A DNA stretch of 64,000 bases, taken from Candidatus Bathyarchaeia archaeon. Lineage in GTDB: Archaea > Thermoproteota > Bathyarchaeia > Bathyarchaeales > Bathycorpusculaceae. The stretch lies in assembly GCA_050015395.1 (NCBI GenBank), contig JBEKBM010000001.1, positions 109,403-173,402 of the forward strand. The letters run 5' to 3'. Both the position numbers and the translations under genes were made by a program. Below are positions 9,810 through 19,435 of this stretch, in pieces (position 1 is the stretch's first letter; every line of letters starts with the position of its first letter). Under the pieces are notes generated by a model. It searched no databases and was not told the DNA's origin. It saw nothing but the letters and a program-made list of their open reading frames with translations.

Positions 9810-10655
9810 TTACTCCAGCTGCTTCCACAGAGAGCTGAAGTACACTTGAGAGAGAGCTACTACATTAGGGCTATTTGACCACAGGTGCAGTCCAGACGTT
9901 AAGCTTGCTGTGTTGTTGAAGGCGATGGCAACTTCCACGTTGTCAAAGATGGCCATCACTGCTGAAGGTGGGGATGGAATGGTTCTTAGTTTAAAGTTCA
10001 GATTTTTTGTTAATGCTTTAGTTACCCAGTTTGGGAGAGAGTCAGGTTGCGGTTTTTCCGTCACTACTCTAAAGGCTACGCCTTGTCCGAGGACACTTCC
10101 TATTTGATCCTCGAATAGGATGCTTGCTTGTTTGAACCGTTTCCAAGTGGTGACGACTTCCACGCCATGAAGAACGTTTTCCAGTGCATATCGATATTTT
10201 TTACCACGATCGCCCTCCGAAACAACACCCAAACAAGGACTCCCCACAAACATATCCGTATGCAAGGGAATTTGGCTAAATTTTTCCACAAGATGCTTTG
10301 TTTTTGCACGGATACTTTTGAGCTCATGGGCTTTCCGTTGAATTAGAGTTTCTAGGGCTTCGCCTATAGGAGTTGCAGTGAAAGTAGTTGGCGCGGTTAA
10401 TTTTCTTTGTATTAAGCCCATGTCTTGGAGACTAGAAATTATCAAGTATATGTCTTGTCGGTTGACAAGGGAAACCTCGGCGATTGTTTTTGCCTTCGAG
10501 CTTCCTATCATGAGAAGCGCAAGGTATACCCTAGCTTGGCGAGCAGTGAGACCTAAACTGACCAAGGCATCGACATCTTCCTCTTCAATCTCCACCGCCG
10601 TATTTGACAAATTACTGAGCGTGTTGGTATGCGGTGGTTTCGATAAATACGACAT
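9810..10655 (-). CDS. TrmB family transcriptional regulator
   Basis: LVSLGLTARQARVYLALL...IAEVSLVNRQDIYLIISSLQDMGLI wHTH plus a C-terminal effector domain (MAIFDNVEV). Confidence 0.85.
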   Translation of the reverse strand: MSYLSKPPHTNTLSNLSNTAVEIEEEDVDALVSLGLTARQARVYLALLMIGSSKAKTIAEVSLVNRQDIYLIISSLQDMGLIQRKLTAPTTFTATPIGEALETLIQRKAHELKSIRAKTKHLVEKFSQIPLHTDMFVGSPCLGVVSEGDRGKKYRYALENVLHGVEVVTTWKRFKQASILFEDQIGSVLGQGVAFRVVTEKPQPDSLPNWVTKALTKNLNFKLRTIPSPPSAVMAIFDNVEVAIAFNNTASLTSGLHLWSNSPNVVALSQVYFSSLWKQLE

Positions 10656-11125
10656 CTTTCACTACCCCCGATTTTACAGCCTATCCTCAACCGTTGGTAT
10701 CAGACAAGCATCGATTTGCTTAAGCGAGGACGAAAATAGCGAAACGCTGTGATATTCGAAGTTTTCCATGATGATTTCATCTAATTGGATCATGTAAACC
10801 TTTAAAGCCATATTCTCTCTTTCTAACCATATTAGACTTTCTGTTTTTGGCTGGAAATTTCTATGCGTTGCCAACAGGCGAAGGGTGGCGACGGCTGCTG
10901 GCGGCTTTGCATCGGTAGTGGTCTTAACGTTTTTAATGAGATCTTGGTCTTCAAAAAAGTGTGTTGTTCGGTAAAGGCTATATCCTTTCTTAACAAAGCT
11001 GCCGCTCTCTTGTCTAATTAGTCGTAAAAGAGGTCGTTTACATAGATTCAGTAAGTTGGAGCTTCTTAACGTAAGCTTTATGTGTTATCGAACCGTTTAA
11101 ATGCACAATAAAAAGGGATTCATTA

Positions 11126-12427
11126 ATGAAAAAAGCCTCCGAGCTTGAAAAAGGCAAGCTAGAAGTTTACGGCTCGCGTGAAAATTGGCCGCCTTACACG
11201 TATAGGGATTACCCAGACATAAAACCAGAAACATACCAAGTCTTCATTGAGTTCCTAAATACGGAAAATACGTCAGGCAGATTAATGGAGCTTCAACCGT
11301 GGATTTCTGTTTGCGATTCAAAATGCGCTTTTTGCTATTTTCCAACAACTCCCACAAGCAAGGTCAAAATGGAGTCCTATCTTGAACTGCTCAAGAAAGA
11401 ACTCGAAATGTACGCTAAAACCAAGTATGTTAAGACAAGCGTGTTCGACGAAATAGTTTTAGGAGGCGGAACCCCCAGTGTCTTGACTGCTGAGCAGATG
11501 ATCGACCTAATAGATTTTTGCAAGGCAAAATTCAACATTAACAAGGAGTACTTTATCAAAGTAACTGGTTCCTCAAAGACACTTGCGCTCAAGAAAATTG
11601 ACAAACTCGCCGAGTACGGCGTGTACCAAGTGGACATGGGTGCACAAACATTTGACGATAAACTAAGGAAAAAGCTTTGCTTGCCCGACAGCGCGGCGGA
11701 CGTTGAAAAAGCCGTTCGACACGCACGAAAACTGAATTTATGTGTATGCGTGGACCTCATGTACAATCTTCCTGGGCAGACAATGGAAAGCTGGATCAGT
11801 ACGCTAAAGAAGGCGATTGAACTGGATGTGGAGATTGACACTTACTCGTTACATGTGGATCCAGGCACTATACTTAAAAAAATGATTGAGACAGGAGTTT
11901 CTCCGCCACAAGGAGATGCAGAGTATGAGAAGCAAATGTACCTTACCGCCTACAAAATGCTGACTGATGCAGGCTATAAGGCAGTAGGTCACGACCGCTT
12001 TAGCCGAGTCGAATGGCACATGCGAGAGAACTGTCTCAACGGATGGCCATGGGGAGGCATTCTCACAACAGGAGCCGGATGCTTCATGGGATACCTCCAG
12101 AAATTCTCTTACTCGAACATTGAAAACATAAACGATTACATGGCAACTGTAAAAGCAGGGAAACTACCAATAAGTAGACTTTCAGAGTCAACGACTGAAG
12201 ATATGATGAGACGGACAATGACCCGATTATATCTACGGTTGCCAGTAAACAAAAAAGAATTTATGCAAAAATTTGGCACCACACCAGAGAAAGTCTTTCC
12301 AAAGCAACTTCAAAAGCTAAAAGATAAGGGATTAATTGAAATTGACGACAAAGAGGTTAGAATAACAAAGTTAGGTGAGATTTGGAAAGGAAATATTGCT
12401 TGGGAATTCGCACCTAACCAAACTTAA
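11126..12427 (+). CDS. HemN/HemW-like radical SAM protein
   Basis: CDSKCAFC (CxxxCxxC), LGGGTPS, GAQTFDD, DLMYNLPGQT, HemN-like C-terminal domain. Confidence 0.85.
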   Translation: MKKASELEKGKLEVYGSRENWPPYTYRDYPDIKPETYQVFIEFLNTENTSGRLMELQPWISVCDSKCAFCYFPTTPTSKVKMESYLELLKKELEMYAKTKYVKTSVFDEIVLGGGTPSVLTAEQMIDLIDFCKAKFNINKEYFIKVTGSSKTLALKKIDKLAEYGVYQVDMGAQTFDDKLRKKLCLPDSAADVEKAVRHARKLNLCVCVDLMYNLPGQTMESWISTLKKAIELDVEIDTYSLHVDPGTILKKMIETGVSPPQGDAEYEKQMYLTAYKMLTDAGYKAVGHDRFSRVEWHMRENCLNGWPWGGILTTGAGCFMGYLQKFSYSNIENINDYMATVKAGKLPISRLSESTTEDMMRRTMTRLYLRLPVNKKEFMQKFGTTPEKVFPKQLQKLKDKGLIEIDDKEVRITKLGEIWKGNIAWEFAPNQT

Positions 12428-12672
12428 TTTTTTTTCCTTGGTGCCATTAACGTCATAATAAACGCTTGTTTGCGAAGCCGGCTTATCCAAAAAGACATCC
12501 TCATTTGTATGTGATTAACTTAGCTGCAATTTTATCGCAAATAAATTAGTGTGTTTTAGCCTCAGTTCGGTCTCCCGTTTTGTAATTTGGTTTTTAACCC
12601 TGCAGGTTCACTAACGAAAATGCCTTTTTTAGACTTTTCTGGACTTTTTTCAGACGTTTAGCGACGCAACTT

Positions 12673-12707
12673 GCAAACAGTTCAAGCCCTGAACCAAAAA
12701 AGCAATC
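12673..12707 (+). repeat. Short dispersed intergenic repeat, inverted copy at 25424-25457
   Basis: gcaaacagttcaagccctgaaccaaaaaagcaatc versus the reverse complement of 25424-25457, gcaaacatttcaagccctgaacactaaaagcaac. Confidence 0.6.
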
Positions 12708-12930
12708 TGAAAAGGCTTTCAGAAAACAGGGAGAAAGCCATCATTTTTGCAATATTTTTCCTACACATTAATGCAGCGCTATGAGAACATCGCCTAATCA
12801 TAACTAGTTCTTGGTCAAAAAGCGGGTAGCTAAATACACTCGTACCTTTTAATTTAAAACTGGATTATTGCAATCGCAACTAAAAAATTAAACGCTTTTG
12901 GGTTAAAAAAGAAAAGGAATTGGGATTTTA

Positions 12931-13605
12931 TTAATGCCTCATCGGCTGAAGCCCATACCAGGTCATCACTTTAGCAATAATAGGTACTATTACGCCTAAA
13001 GCAATGCTAGGAACGAATTCCAACACGAAGCCATACAATCCAGCTACCCCTAGAATAGATGTGTCTGCCCAAAGTCCATGATTCATGGACAGCGCCGGTG
13101 CGAGTGCAACAGTGGAGTTGAGATAAGCTTGGATTATTGCAGTTATCACCGCAGCTGTTAAGCCTGCACCTAGCATGCGTTTGAAATTCGTTGATTTATT
13201 GCACAATGCTCCAGCCATATAACCGATGATAACAGCGTTAACGAGGTATCCTAGCATGCTCATGTCGCCGAAAAAGTTGTAATGCCCAGAGGAAGCTTCA
13301 TAGTACCCTGTATAAAGCCCTGCGCTGGCTACGTAATACATGCCGCCCGTGATAAATCCTGCTGCGCCGCCAGCCCATTTGTTCCAGAGCAAGCCTAGCA
13401 CTAGTGGGATGCCGAGAACGATCATTTGAGCAAAGCCAGAGGTTATAATGACACCAATGGTAGCGATTGTACCAGTAGTTCCGAGTATATGATGGGTTCC
13501 GCTGACGTTGACATAGATTGCTAGAAAGAAGATTAGTAGCACTAGAATGAGGGGTATGATTATGGCGTAGAATATGTCAGCCAGTTTAAATTTTTCTGTT
13601 TCCAA
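12931..13605 (-). CDS. Integral membrane protein, possibly ECF S-component-like
   Basis: About 6 hydrophobic helices; LGLLWNKWAGGAAGFI and AVIIGYMAG resemble S-component patterns. Confidence 0.6.
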   Translation of the reverse strand: METEKFKLADIFYAIIIPLILVLLIFFLAIYVNVSGTHHILGTTGTIATIGVIITSGFAQMIVLGIPLVLGLLWNKWAGGAAGFITGGMYYVASAGLYTGYYEASSGHYNFFGDMSMLGYLVNAVIIGYMAGALCNKSTNFKRMLGAGLTAAVITAIIQAYLNSTVALAPALSMNHGLWADTSILGVAGLYGFVLEFVPSIALGVIVPIIAKVMTWYGLQPMRH

Positions 13606-13895
13606 TTTTTATCCCTTGACTTATTTTACGTGGTGGCATGTTTATAAGCTTAATGCTTGCAAGCTTGGCATACAAGTGTTTCTGAAGCTAAAAATACAGC
13701 GCTGAACAAACGTGAGTATTTAGCTCTTGTTTTTTCTTATTTTCGTTTTAGTGATTTCTTGCTTAAATCAATCATGATAACGCTTCGCGGTACCCTTTTT
13801 ACCTATGAAGACTGAAAAATATTTGGAGCAGATTTGAACATCTGACAGTAAAGTCTATGTTAATTGTGCCAAAAAAGTACATGGATAAAACACGT

Positions 13896-13966
13896 TTCTA
13901 TGTTGAAAGTGCGGGCATTAATTCTATGTTGAACTATGTTGAATCATATTTGAAGCATATTAGAAG
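13896..13966. repeat. Degenerate 10-11 bp tandem repeats (ctatgttgaa x3, catatttgaa, catattagaa)
   Basis: Read directly from the sequence. Confidence 0.6.
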
Positions 13967-14042
13967 CATCTAGTAGACCGGGGGGTAGGCTTGAGCACAC
14001 ACACAAATACCCTAAGACAAAAGCCAGGAGCCAAATACATAC
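13967..14042 (+). repeat. ~75-bp dispersed intergenic element, copy 1 (inverted copy at 63798-63870)
   Basis: catctagtagaccggggggtaggcttgagcacacacacaaataccctaagacaaaagccaggagccaaatacatac aligns along its length with the reverse complement of 63798-63870. Confidence 0.85.
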
Positions 14043-14141
14043 GAACAAACAATAAAAGTACAAAGCTTTAAAAAAACGTCAATTTAAAGAAGCTTTTTAT
14101 TAAATGGCATAAAATAAAAGAAAAGAGAAAGGAAATGAAGT

Positions 14142-15506
14142 TTATTCTTGCTGTCGCAGCATAGCTTTTGATCGGAGCACAGCACCTTTCAGGTCAATTC
14201 TTGCGGGGCAAACGTAACTACAGTGTCCACAGCCAGTGCAATAATCCGCATTTAGCTTGCTCATGGCATCGATGTTCATTTTATCAAACGCTTGCTTAAT
14301 CAGTATCGGGCTGAGATTGTGGCAGCATACACGCATGCAAGCACCGCATCTCATGCATTGGTATTCTTTGACTTTTTCAGGGGCGAATGCTTTGGCTTTA
14401 GGCAGTTTGGGCTCTTTCGATTCGGTGGTGGGTTTGAGCTTGCCAACTCTATCAAGTGCTGGTACAGTTAAGTTCATAATGACTAGCGCTACAAAGGAGG
14501 CGCCGAAGAACTGCATGTAGGTTATCATGAGCACGGTCAATATTGCCACGCCGACTCCGAAAATTACCTGTCCAGTATATGTTAACGGTGTAGTCGCAGG
14601 ATCTGTTGCCATGAAGAAGGCCAGGAATATTGAACTTCCGATGAACAGCAAGAACAAAAGTCGTACAGTAACACCTGCATCACCATAAGCAAAAGACAAG
14701 AGCAATGACATTATGGCAACGGTCACAAAGTAAGCTCCAGTTATTCTCCATTTCACGTATTTGCGCGCTACGATAAAGAAGCCTATGCCAACGATGATGA
14801 CTGCAACGGTACAGGCTCCTCCAGGCCAAGCGTGGAACTTATCTAGAAACATTATTTGAAGCAAGTTGTTAGTTGTTGCTGCTGGAGCCTTGAGGTTGGC
14901 GTTAGAAAAACAGGCGATCATATAGCTACCAAATCCGGCTAGGCCATTGCCTTTTACTGCGCTGGCTAAGCCAATTGGACCCGCCAATGAAGGTACGCCA
15001 AGCAAAGAGCTTTTTAGATGATCTATTGCTATTAGCAACGTGTTAATGAAGGGTATCATAACGACTAGTTTTGCAGCTGCCGCAGGATTCACGTATTTTC
15101 TGCCTGTAAGACCGACGATTTTTTTGAAAACGACCAAACCTATGGCAGACATTAGGGCAACAAAGGCGAAACATTGAGGTGCCTCCAGAGGAAACAGGTC
15201 GACTGTGGCCATACTGGGGATGCCGAGTACGTAGATGTCAGTGACGATTAAGCCAAAAACGGCGGCGGACATGAGGTTAAGTGGGCTGTCAACTGTGACT
15301 TTGTGCAGTAGAGCGTCAAGTCCTACGGCGATACCGACAGCGATTATGGCGTTGATAGCTAATGTAAGCCCTAGGTTCCAGCCATCTGGGCTTTTCTCAG
15401 CGGACCAGAGAACTGCTGATATGACGGTAATTATAACGAGTGAGACGAAGGTGTAAGTCATCAGTTTATCTTTAGTCATCGATGAATATTCTTTTGGTTT
15501 AGACAT
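14142..15506 (-). CDS. RnfD/NqrB-like membrane protein fused to a C-terminal 2x[4Fe-4S] domain
   Basis: YVNPAA, VKWRI and AFFMATDPATTP (RnfD signatures); C-terminal CMRCGACMRVC...CTGCGHCSYVCPARIDL (RnfC-like ferredoxin). Confidence 0.8.
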   Translation of the reverse strand: MSKPKEYSSMTKDKLMTYTFVSLVIITVISAVLWSAEKSPDGWNLGLTLAINAIIAVGIAVGLDALLHKVTVDSPLNLMSAAVFGLIVTDIYVLGIPSMATVDLFPLEAPQCFAFVALMSAIGLVVFKKIVGLTGRKYVNPAAAAKLVVMIPFINTLLIAIDHLKSSLLGVPSLAGPIGLASAVKGNGLAGFGSYMIACFSNANLKAPAATTNNLLQIMFLDKFHAWPGGACTVAVIIVGIGFFIVARKYVKWRITGAYFVTVAIMSLLLSFAYGDAGVTVRLLFLLFIGSSIFLAFFMATDPATTPLTYTGQVIFGVGVAILTVLMITYMQFFGASFVALVIMNLTVPALDRVGKLKPTTESKEPKLPKAKAFAPEKVKEYQCMRCGACMRVCCHNLSPILIKQAFDKMNIDAMSKLNADYCTGCGHCSYVCPARIDLKGAVLRSKAMLRQQE

Positions 15507-15757
15507 TATTTCTTAATCTCCTTGATTTCTCCTTTCAATTTAGCGCTGGTTGGTTTTATAAGACTTTCCCAAAGCCTATGCATGTTCTATATCTAAGAAG
15601 GAAAAATAAGAAAGCAAAAGCCAACGGGTTTTCTTTTGAAGATCAAAATTGCCTCACTTGATTGATTTCTGCAACCTTTGCAGAGAAATAGAAAGCTGGT
15701 TTCTAGGAGTAAGTTTTATATCGCATTAACTAATCTTATTTTCAACCGTGATATTAC

Positions 15758-16837
15758 ATGGCTCCAAATAAGTCACCATTGTACATGGTGGTTTGGCGGT
15801 GTACAAGGAACTGTGTTGGCAATTGCATGTACTGCAGTTATACCAAAGACTATGCTAAAGACACCGAGCTGGACACCAAAGGTGCCAAAAAGATGGTTGA
15901 CGAAATCCATGACTTCGGTTCGCCATGGTTTGGCATTAGCGGCGGAGAACCCTTGATTCGAGAGGACATCTTTGAAGTTATTGCTTATGCTGAAGAAAAG
16001 TATGACATGGAAATTAGTCTTATCACAAGTGGGTTTGCGTTTGATGAGGAACGGTTTGATAAGCTTAGAAAGTATAATGTTCACACGGCAATCAGCATTG
16101 ATGGAAACAGGGAATCAAATGAAATTATTCGACGCAAAGGTAGCTATGACAAAGCAGTATATGCTATGAAGAAGCTCTCCGAGGTTGGATTACTAGACTG
16201 CTTAGTCACAACCATGACCAAGTATAACATCAAGCACATGGCGCACCCTGCAGCACTTGCAGAGGAATACAAAGCCCGTATGCTTGTCTACCATAACCTA
16301 GTTCCAGTTGGCAGAGCAGGAAGCAATATGCCTGACTTAGCACCGACACCTGAACAATATGAGGAAACTTTTAACGAAATATACGACATCCAAAGAAAAC
16401 TTATGGGCAAAGTTAAAGTCAACGTTTACTCGCCTTTCTACGCCAGAATCGTACGTCAGAAAAACCCAGTTGACTTCTGGGACTGGTATCATGAGGGCTA
16501 TCTCGGCAGATGCACCATCGGCGGCAACTACGTTGGCATAACTGAAAACGGAGACTACCGTAGCTGCGGTTTCCATGAAGGCTACCGTTTAGGAAACGTC
16601 AAAGACAAGAAATTGACTAAGGTTTGGGATGATCTGCAACACAGCGAACTGCACCTGAAGTTGCGTGACAAGAGCAACATTAAGGGCAAATGCGGAGTTT
16701 GTGAGTACCGAGAAATCTGTGGTGGATGCAGAACCCGCGCCGAATACTACACGGGCGACCTGTTCGAGTCAGACCCAGCCTGCAACTACATACCAAAGCT
16801 GCTTCAGGAAGACCCAAAAGCCCTTAAAAAACAATAA
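15758..16837 (+). CDS. Radical SAM/SPASM protein (AhbC/AhbD/NirJ-like)
   Basis: CVGNCMYC, ISGGEPL, SPASM domain RCTIG...SCG...GKCGVCEYREICGGCRTRA...DPAC. Confidence 0.85.
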   Translation: MAPNKSPLYMVVWRCTRNCVGNCMYCSYTKDYAKDTELDTKGAKKMVDEIHDFGSPWFGISGGEPLIREDIFEVIAYAEEKYDMEISLITSGFAFDEERFDKLRKYNVHTAISIDGNRESNEIIRRKGSYDKAVYAMKKLSEVGLLDCLVTTMTKYNIKHMAHPAALAEEYKARMLVYHNLVPVGRAGSNMPDLAPTPEQYEETFNEIYDIQRKLMGKVKVNVYSPFYARIVRQKNPVDFWDWYHEGYLGRCTIGGNYVGITENGDYRSCGFHEGYRLGNVKDKKLTKVWDDLQHSELHLKLRDKSNIKGKCGVCEYREICGGCRTRAEYYTGDLFESDPACNYIPKLLQEDPKALKKQ

Positions 16838-16869
16838 ACACACCATTCTTTTCTTTCTGTCATTCCTGT

Positions 16870-17006
16870 GAACAAATGCTCAAGAACTATCCGCAACTAA
16901 AGAAAGAAGATGCGATCGCTGTTTTGAAATATGCCGCCTAGATTCTTACCGAAGAGAAGGTTTACCCGCTACCTTGACCCGTTTATAGCTAGATGAAAAC
17001 CCAAAG
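16870..17006 (+). pseudogene. Relic of a DUF433 / DUF5615 (PIN-like) toxin-antitoxin pair
   Basis: 16870-16977 reads EQMLKNYPQLKKEDAIAVLKYAA*ILTEEKVYPLP* (DUF433 C-terminus). An overlapping TTG at 16974 starts MTRL*LDENPK (DUF5615-like MxxLLDEN start). Confidence 0.6.
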
Positions 17007-17097
17007 AACCCGTTAGTGACACTGCACATACATACAAAGACGCTACGTGAAAAAAACGCTTATTCTGGGCTTTAGGAAAAAACATTCTTCTTTATTT

Positions 17098-19410
17098 TCA
17101 AGTTTGCGTTTGATTGTAATTGCTTAAGATTTTGAAGATGTCGTACCTATCGTTTGAATAAATTAGTTCTAAAAATGAGCAGCTGGCCATATTACTATTA
17201 AGTTGGTTTTTGTCATAAACGATGAATTCTATGTTATTTTCTGCGATGTAGTCCTTAAAGTCTAAGGTGGATACTGTAAATTGGCCGGGTTTGAAATTGA
17301 AGAGGTTTTCCAGTTCGTTTGGCTGCAATGTTGGAAAACTGTTTTTTGAAAGGGTGAGAACTTGATACTGCCGTGTAACTGTCTGGTTGATGTTGAGTTC
17401 GTTGAATTGGTATTGGAATCTCACAGCATCTATTTGTCTACTTGCCAAGGCACCGATGTTTCCCCAATTGGGCAAATCAGTAAAGTTAAAAGCGAAAGCA
17501 ATCTGGTCTTTGTCATCATAGAGGCCTATGTAGTTATCTTTTAAGTCTAAGTTTGAAAAATTAACAACTGCCCATTGTGTTCCATCAGTAGTTTTTGAAG
17601 GCACATCCCATGGGTTAACCCAGTTCATAAGTTGAGGTATCTGCGCTTCATCAAAGTTAAATTGAAGGTCAAAATAAGTGCTTAAGTATAATGTTACATT
17701 AGAAATATCGTTATTTAAGGGAGTGACAGCCCAAGAGACATTAATTGGGTAACTATCATTCTGAACAAGCATCGTATCCGTTAATTCCACATAGTCATTG
17801 GAGTACAGGAACTCTACCTTTGCGGGGTAACTTTGTTCATCAAAAGATACCTCCCTGCTTAAGTCAGAGAGAGCAAAATTGTAATTTGTGCCATTTTGGG
17901 TGAATGATATGAAATCTCCAGCTGTAGAAGAGTAGGAAACTCGATACCAGACCTGATTTATGGGTACGTAATTTTCGTCGGTAATATCACCGTTCGCCTC
18001 GTAAGCCTTCACCAAAGTTTGTGAACCCTGAATTTCGTAAGACAGACTCAAAACGGACTGGGCAATTTCATTTGTTCCCTCGGCAGCGTTGGTTTGCGCA
18101 ATTACGGTTTTGCCAGAAAAGATTGAAAACCAAAAGCCGGGAATTTGGGTAACAACTACAGTTGCGTCACCAGGATAGTTTTGATTAAGCCAAACTCCAG
18201 CATCATACGCTTTTATGTCAGATGTCGAGTAGAAAACGCTGGCTTCCATTATTTTCCCGTACACAGTGTCTGAACGAAAAACAATTAGCAGACACATTAA
18301 TACAATTAAAGAGACAGTAGCTATCTTTAACCAATTTTTGCGCAATCCTTGTTTGTTTTTGGCGTAGTAGGCTGAGAACTTTTCCACTATAAAGACAACG
18401 GAAACAGCCGCGAAAATTGCCATCGGGGGCGTCAAATAGTAAATGAACCATTGAAAAGGCATGTACAAACCAAAAAGGTAAGACTCAGCGAAAAAAAGAG
18501 GAACAAAGAAACTAAGAAGCAATATCAAGTAAAAAAGCGGCTTCTTATTTACCCTCAACAACAGGTAATATGCAATGAAAATGCCACTTAAAGCCAAGAA
18601 AAATATGAACCCGAAATTAACCATGAAAGAACTGAAACTTGCAAATGGAATCTCGTAAGCATAACTTGTTTGCGCAAAAAACACGACATTAATAAGAATG
18701 CCAAAGTAACCAATCATCACCGGGAGGTAATAGAGCAAAAACGCTATTCCTCCTCCTAAAATTAATGCAGTTAATACTTTAAGGTATTTGCCTCTAGACT
18801 TTATAAGCATAAAAAGCATTATTGGCGGCAATATCATGACCGCGAGAAATGCAGCTAGTTGATGAGATAAAACAAGACCAAACCCCACAAAGAAAGTGAC
18901 CAGAAGGTATCCGGGTTTCTCTACTGCCAAAGGCAAATAAAGAAGTACCAAAAAAATAAACACTATGCCAAGCACGGTGGTATAGCCGCCCCATGCATTA
19001 AGTTCATACATAGGAAAGCACATTGACAACAAAACAGCGGCTACTGCCCCGATTTTTTTGTTAAAAAATTTGCTGCCGATCAAATAAACAGAGAGGAAAA
19101 GGAGCCAATCAACTATTACAGCTAGAGCTTTCACTAAAAAGATCAGTTGCCCAATATTACTTGCACCACTAAGAGAAATAAACATCGCAAGCAAAATGTC
19201 GAAGAGCGGAGGCATCCAGCTTAAGCCGCTTAAAGAGATTTTTCCCGTTTGCAGGAAGATTTGGGCTTTTTCCAGATGGACAGAAGGGTCGTTTCCCAAG
19301 ACTACGCCGTTCATTGATATGAGGGTATAGAAAATAGCGAAAATTAACACTGAGAAAACAATGATAAAGGTGATTTCAAGTTCTCTCTCTCTTATCAATT
19401 TACCCATCAA
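17098..19410 (-). CDS. Multi-pass membrane protein, GT-C (ArnT/PMT/AglB-like) architecture, paralog 2
   Basis: GNDPSVH acidic loop after TM1, about 11-13 TM helices, WGGY, C-terminal extracellular domain with WLNQN...GFWF and many NxS/T sequons. Confidence 0.65.
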   Translation of the reverse strand: MMGKLIRERELEITFIIVFSVLIFAIFYTLISMNGVVLGNDPSVHLEKAQIFLQTGKISLSGLSWMPPLFDILLAMFISLSGASNIGQLIFLVKALAVIVDWLLFLSVYLIGSKFFNKKIGAVAAVLLSMCFPMYELNAWGGYTTVLGIVFIFLVLLYLPLAVEKPGYLLVTFFVGFGLVLSHQLAAFLAVMILPPIMLFMLIKSRGKYLKVLTALILGGGIAFLLYYLPVMIGYFGILINVVFFAQTSYAYEIPFASFSSFMVNFGFIFFLALSGIFIAYYLLLRVNKKPLFYLILLLSFFVPLFFAESYLFGLYMPFQWFIYYLTPPMAIFAAVSVVFIVEKFSAYYAKNKQGLRKNWLKIATVSLIVLMCLLIVFRSDTVYGKIMEASVFYSTSDIKAYDAGVWLNQNYPGDATVVVTQIPGFWFSIFSGKTVIAQTNAAEGTNEIAQSVLSLSYEIQGSQTLVKAYEANGDITDENYVPINQVWYRVSYSSTAGDFISFTQNGTNYNFALSDLSREVSFDEQSYPAKVEFLYSNDYVELTDTMLVQNDSYPINVSWAVTPLNNDISNVTLYLSTYFDLQFNFDEAQIPQLMNWVNPWDVPSKTTDGTQWAVVNFSNLDLKDNYIGLYDDKDQIAFAFNFTDLPNWGNIGALASRQIDAVRFQYQFNELNINQTVTRQYQVLTLSKNSFPTLQPNELENLFNFKPGQFTVSTLDFKDYIAENNIEFIVYDKNQLNSNMASCSFLELIYSNDRYDIFKILSNYNQTQT

Positions 19411-19435
19411 GGCGTCCAGTTATCTCCCGACTAGA

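Noticed and set aside
10674-10874. 66-aa ORF upstream of the TrmB gene
   Set aside because: No recognisable motif; cannot be distinguished from a chance ORF or decayed sequence.
13896-13966. Short repeats here and at 28051-28083 as a CRISPR array
   Set aside because: Units are 10-12 bp and adjacent, without unique spacers; no cas genes are present.
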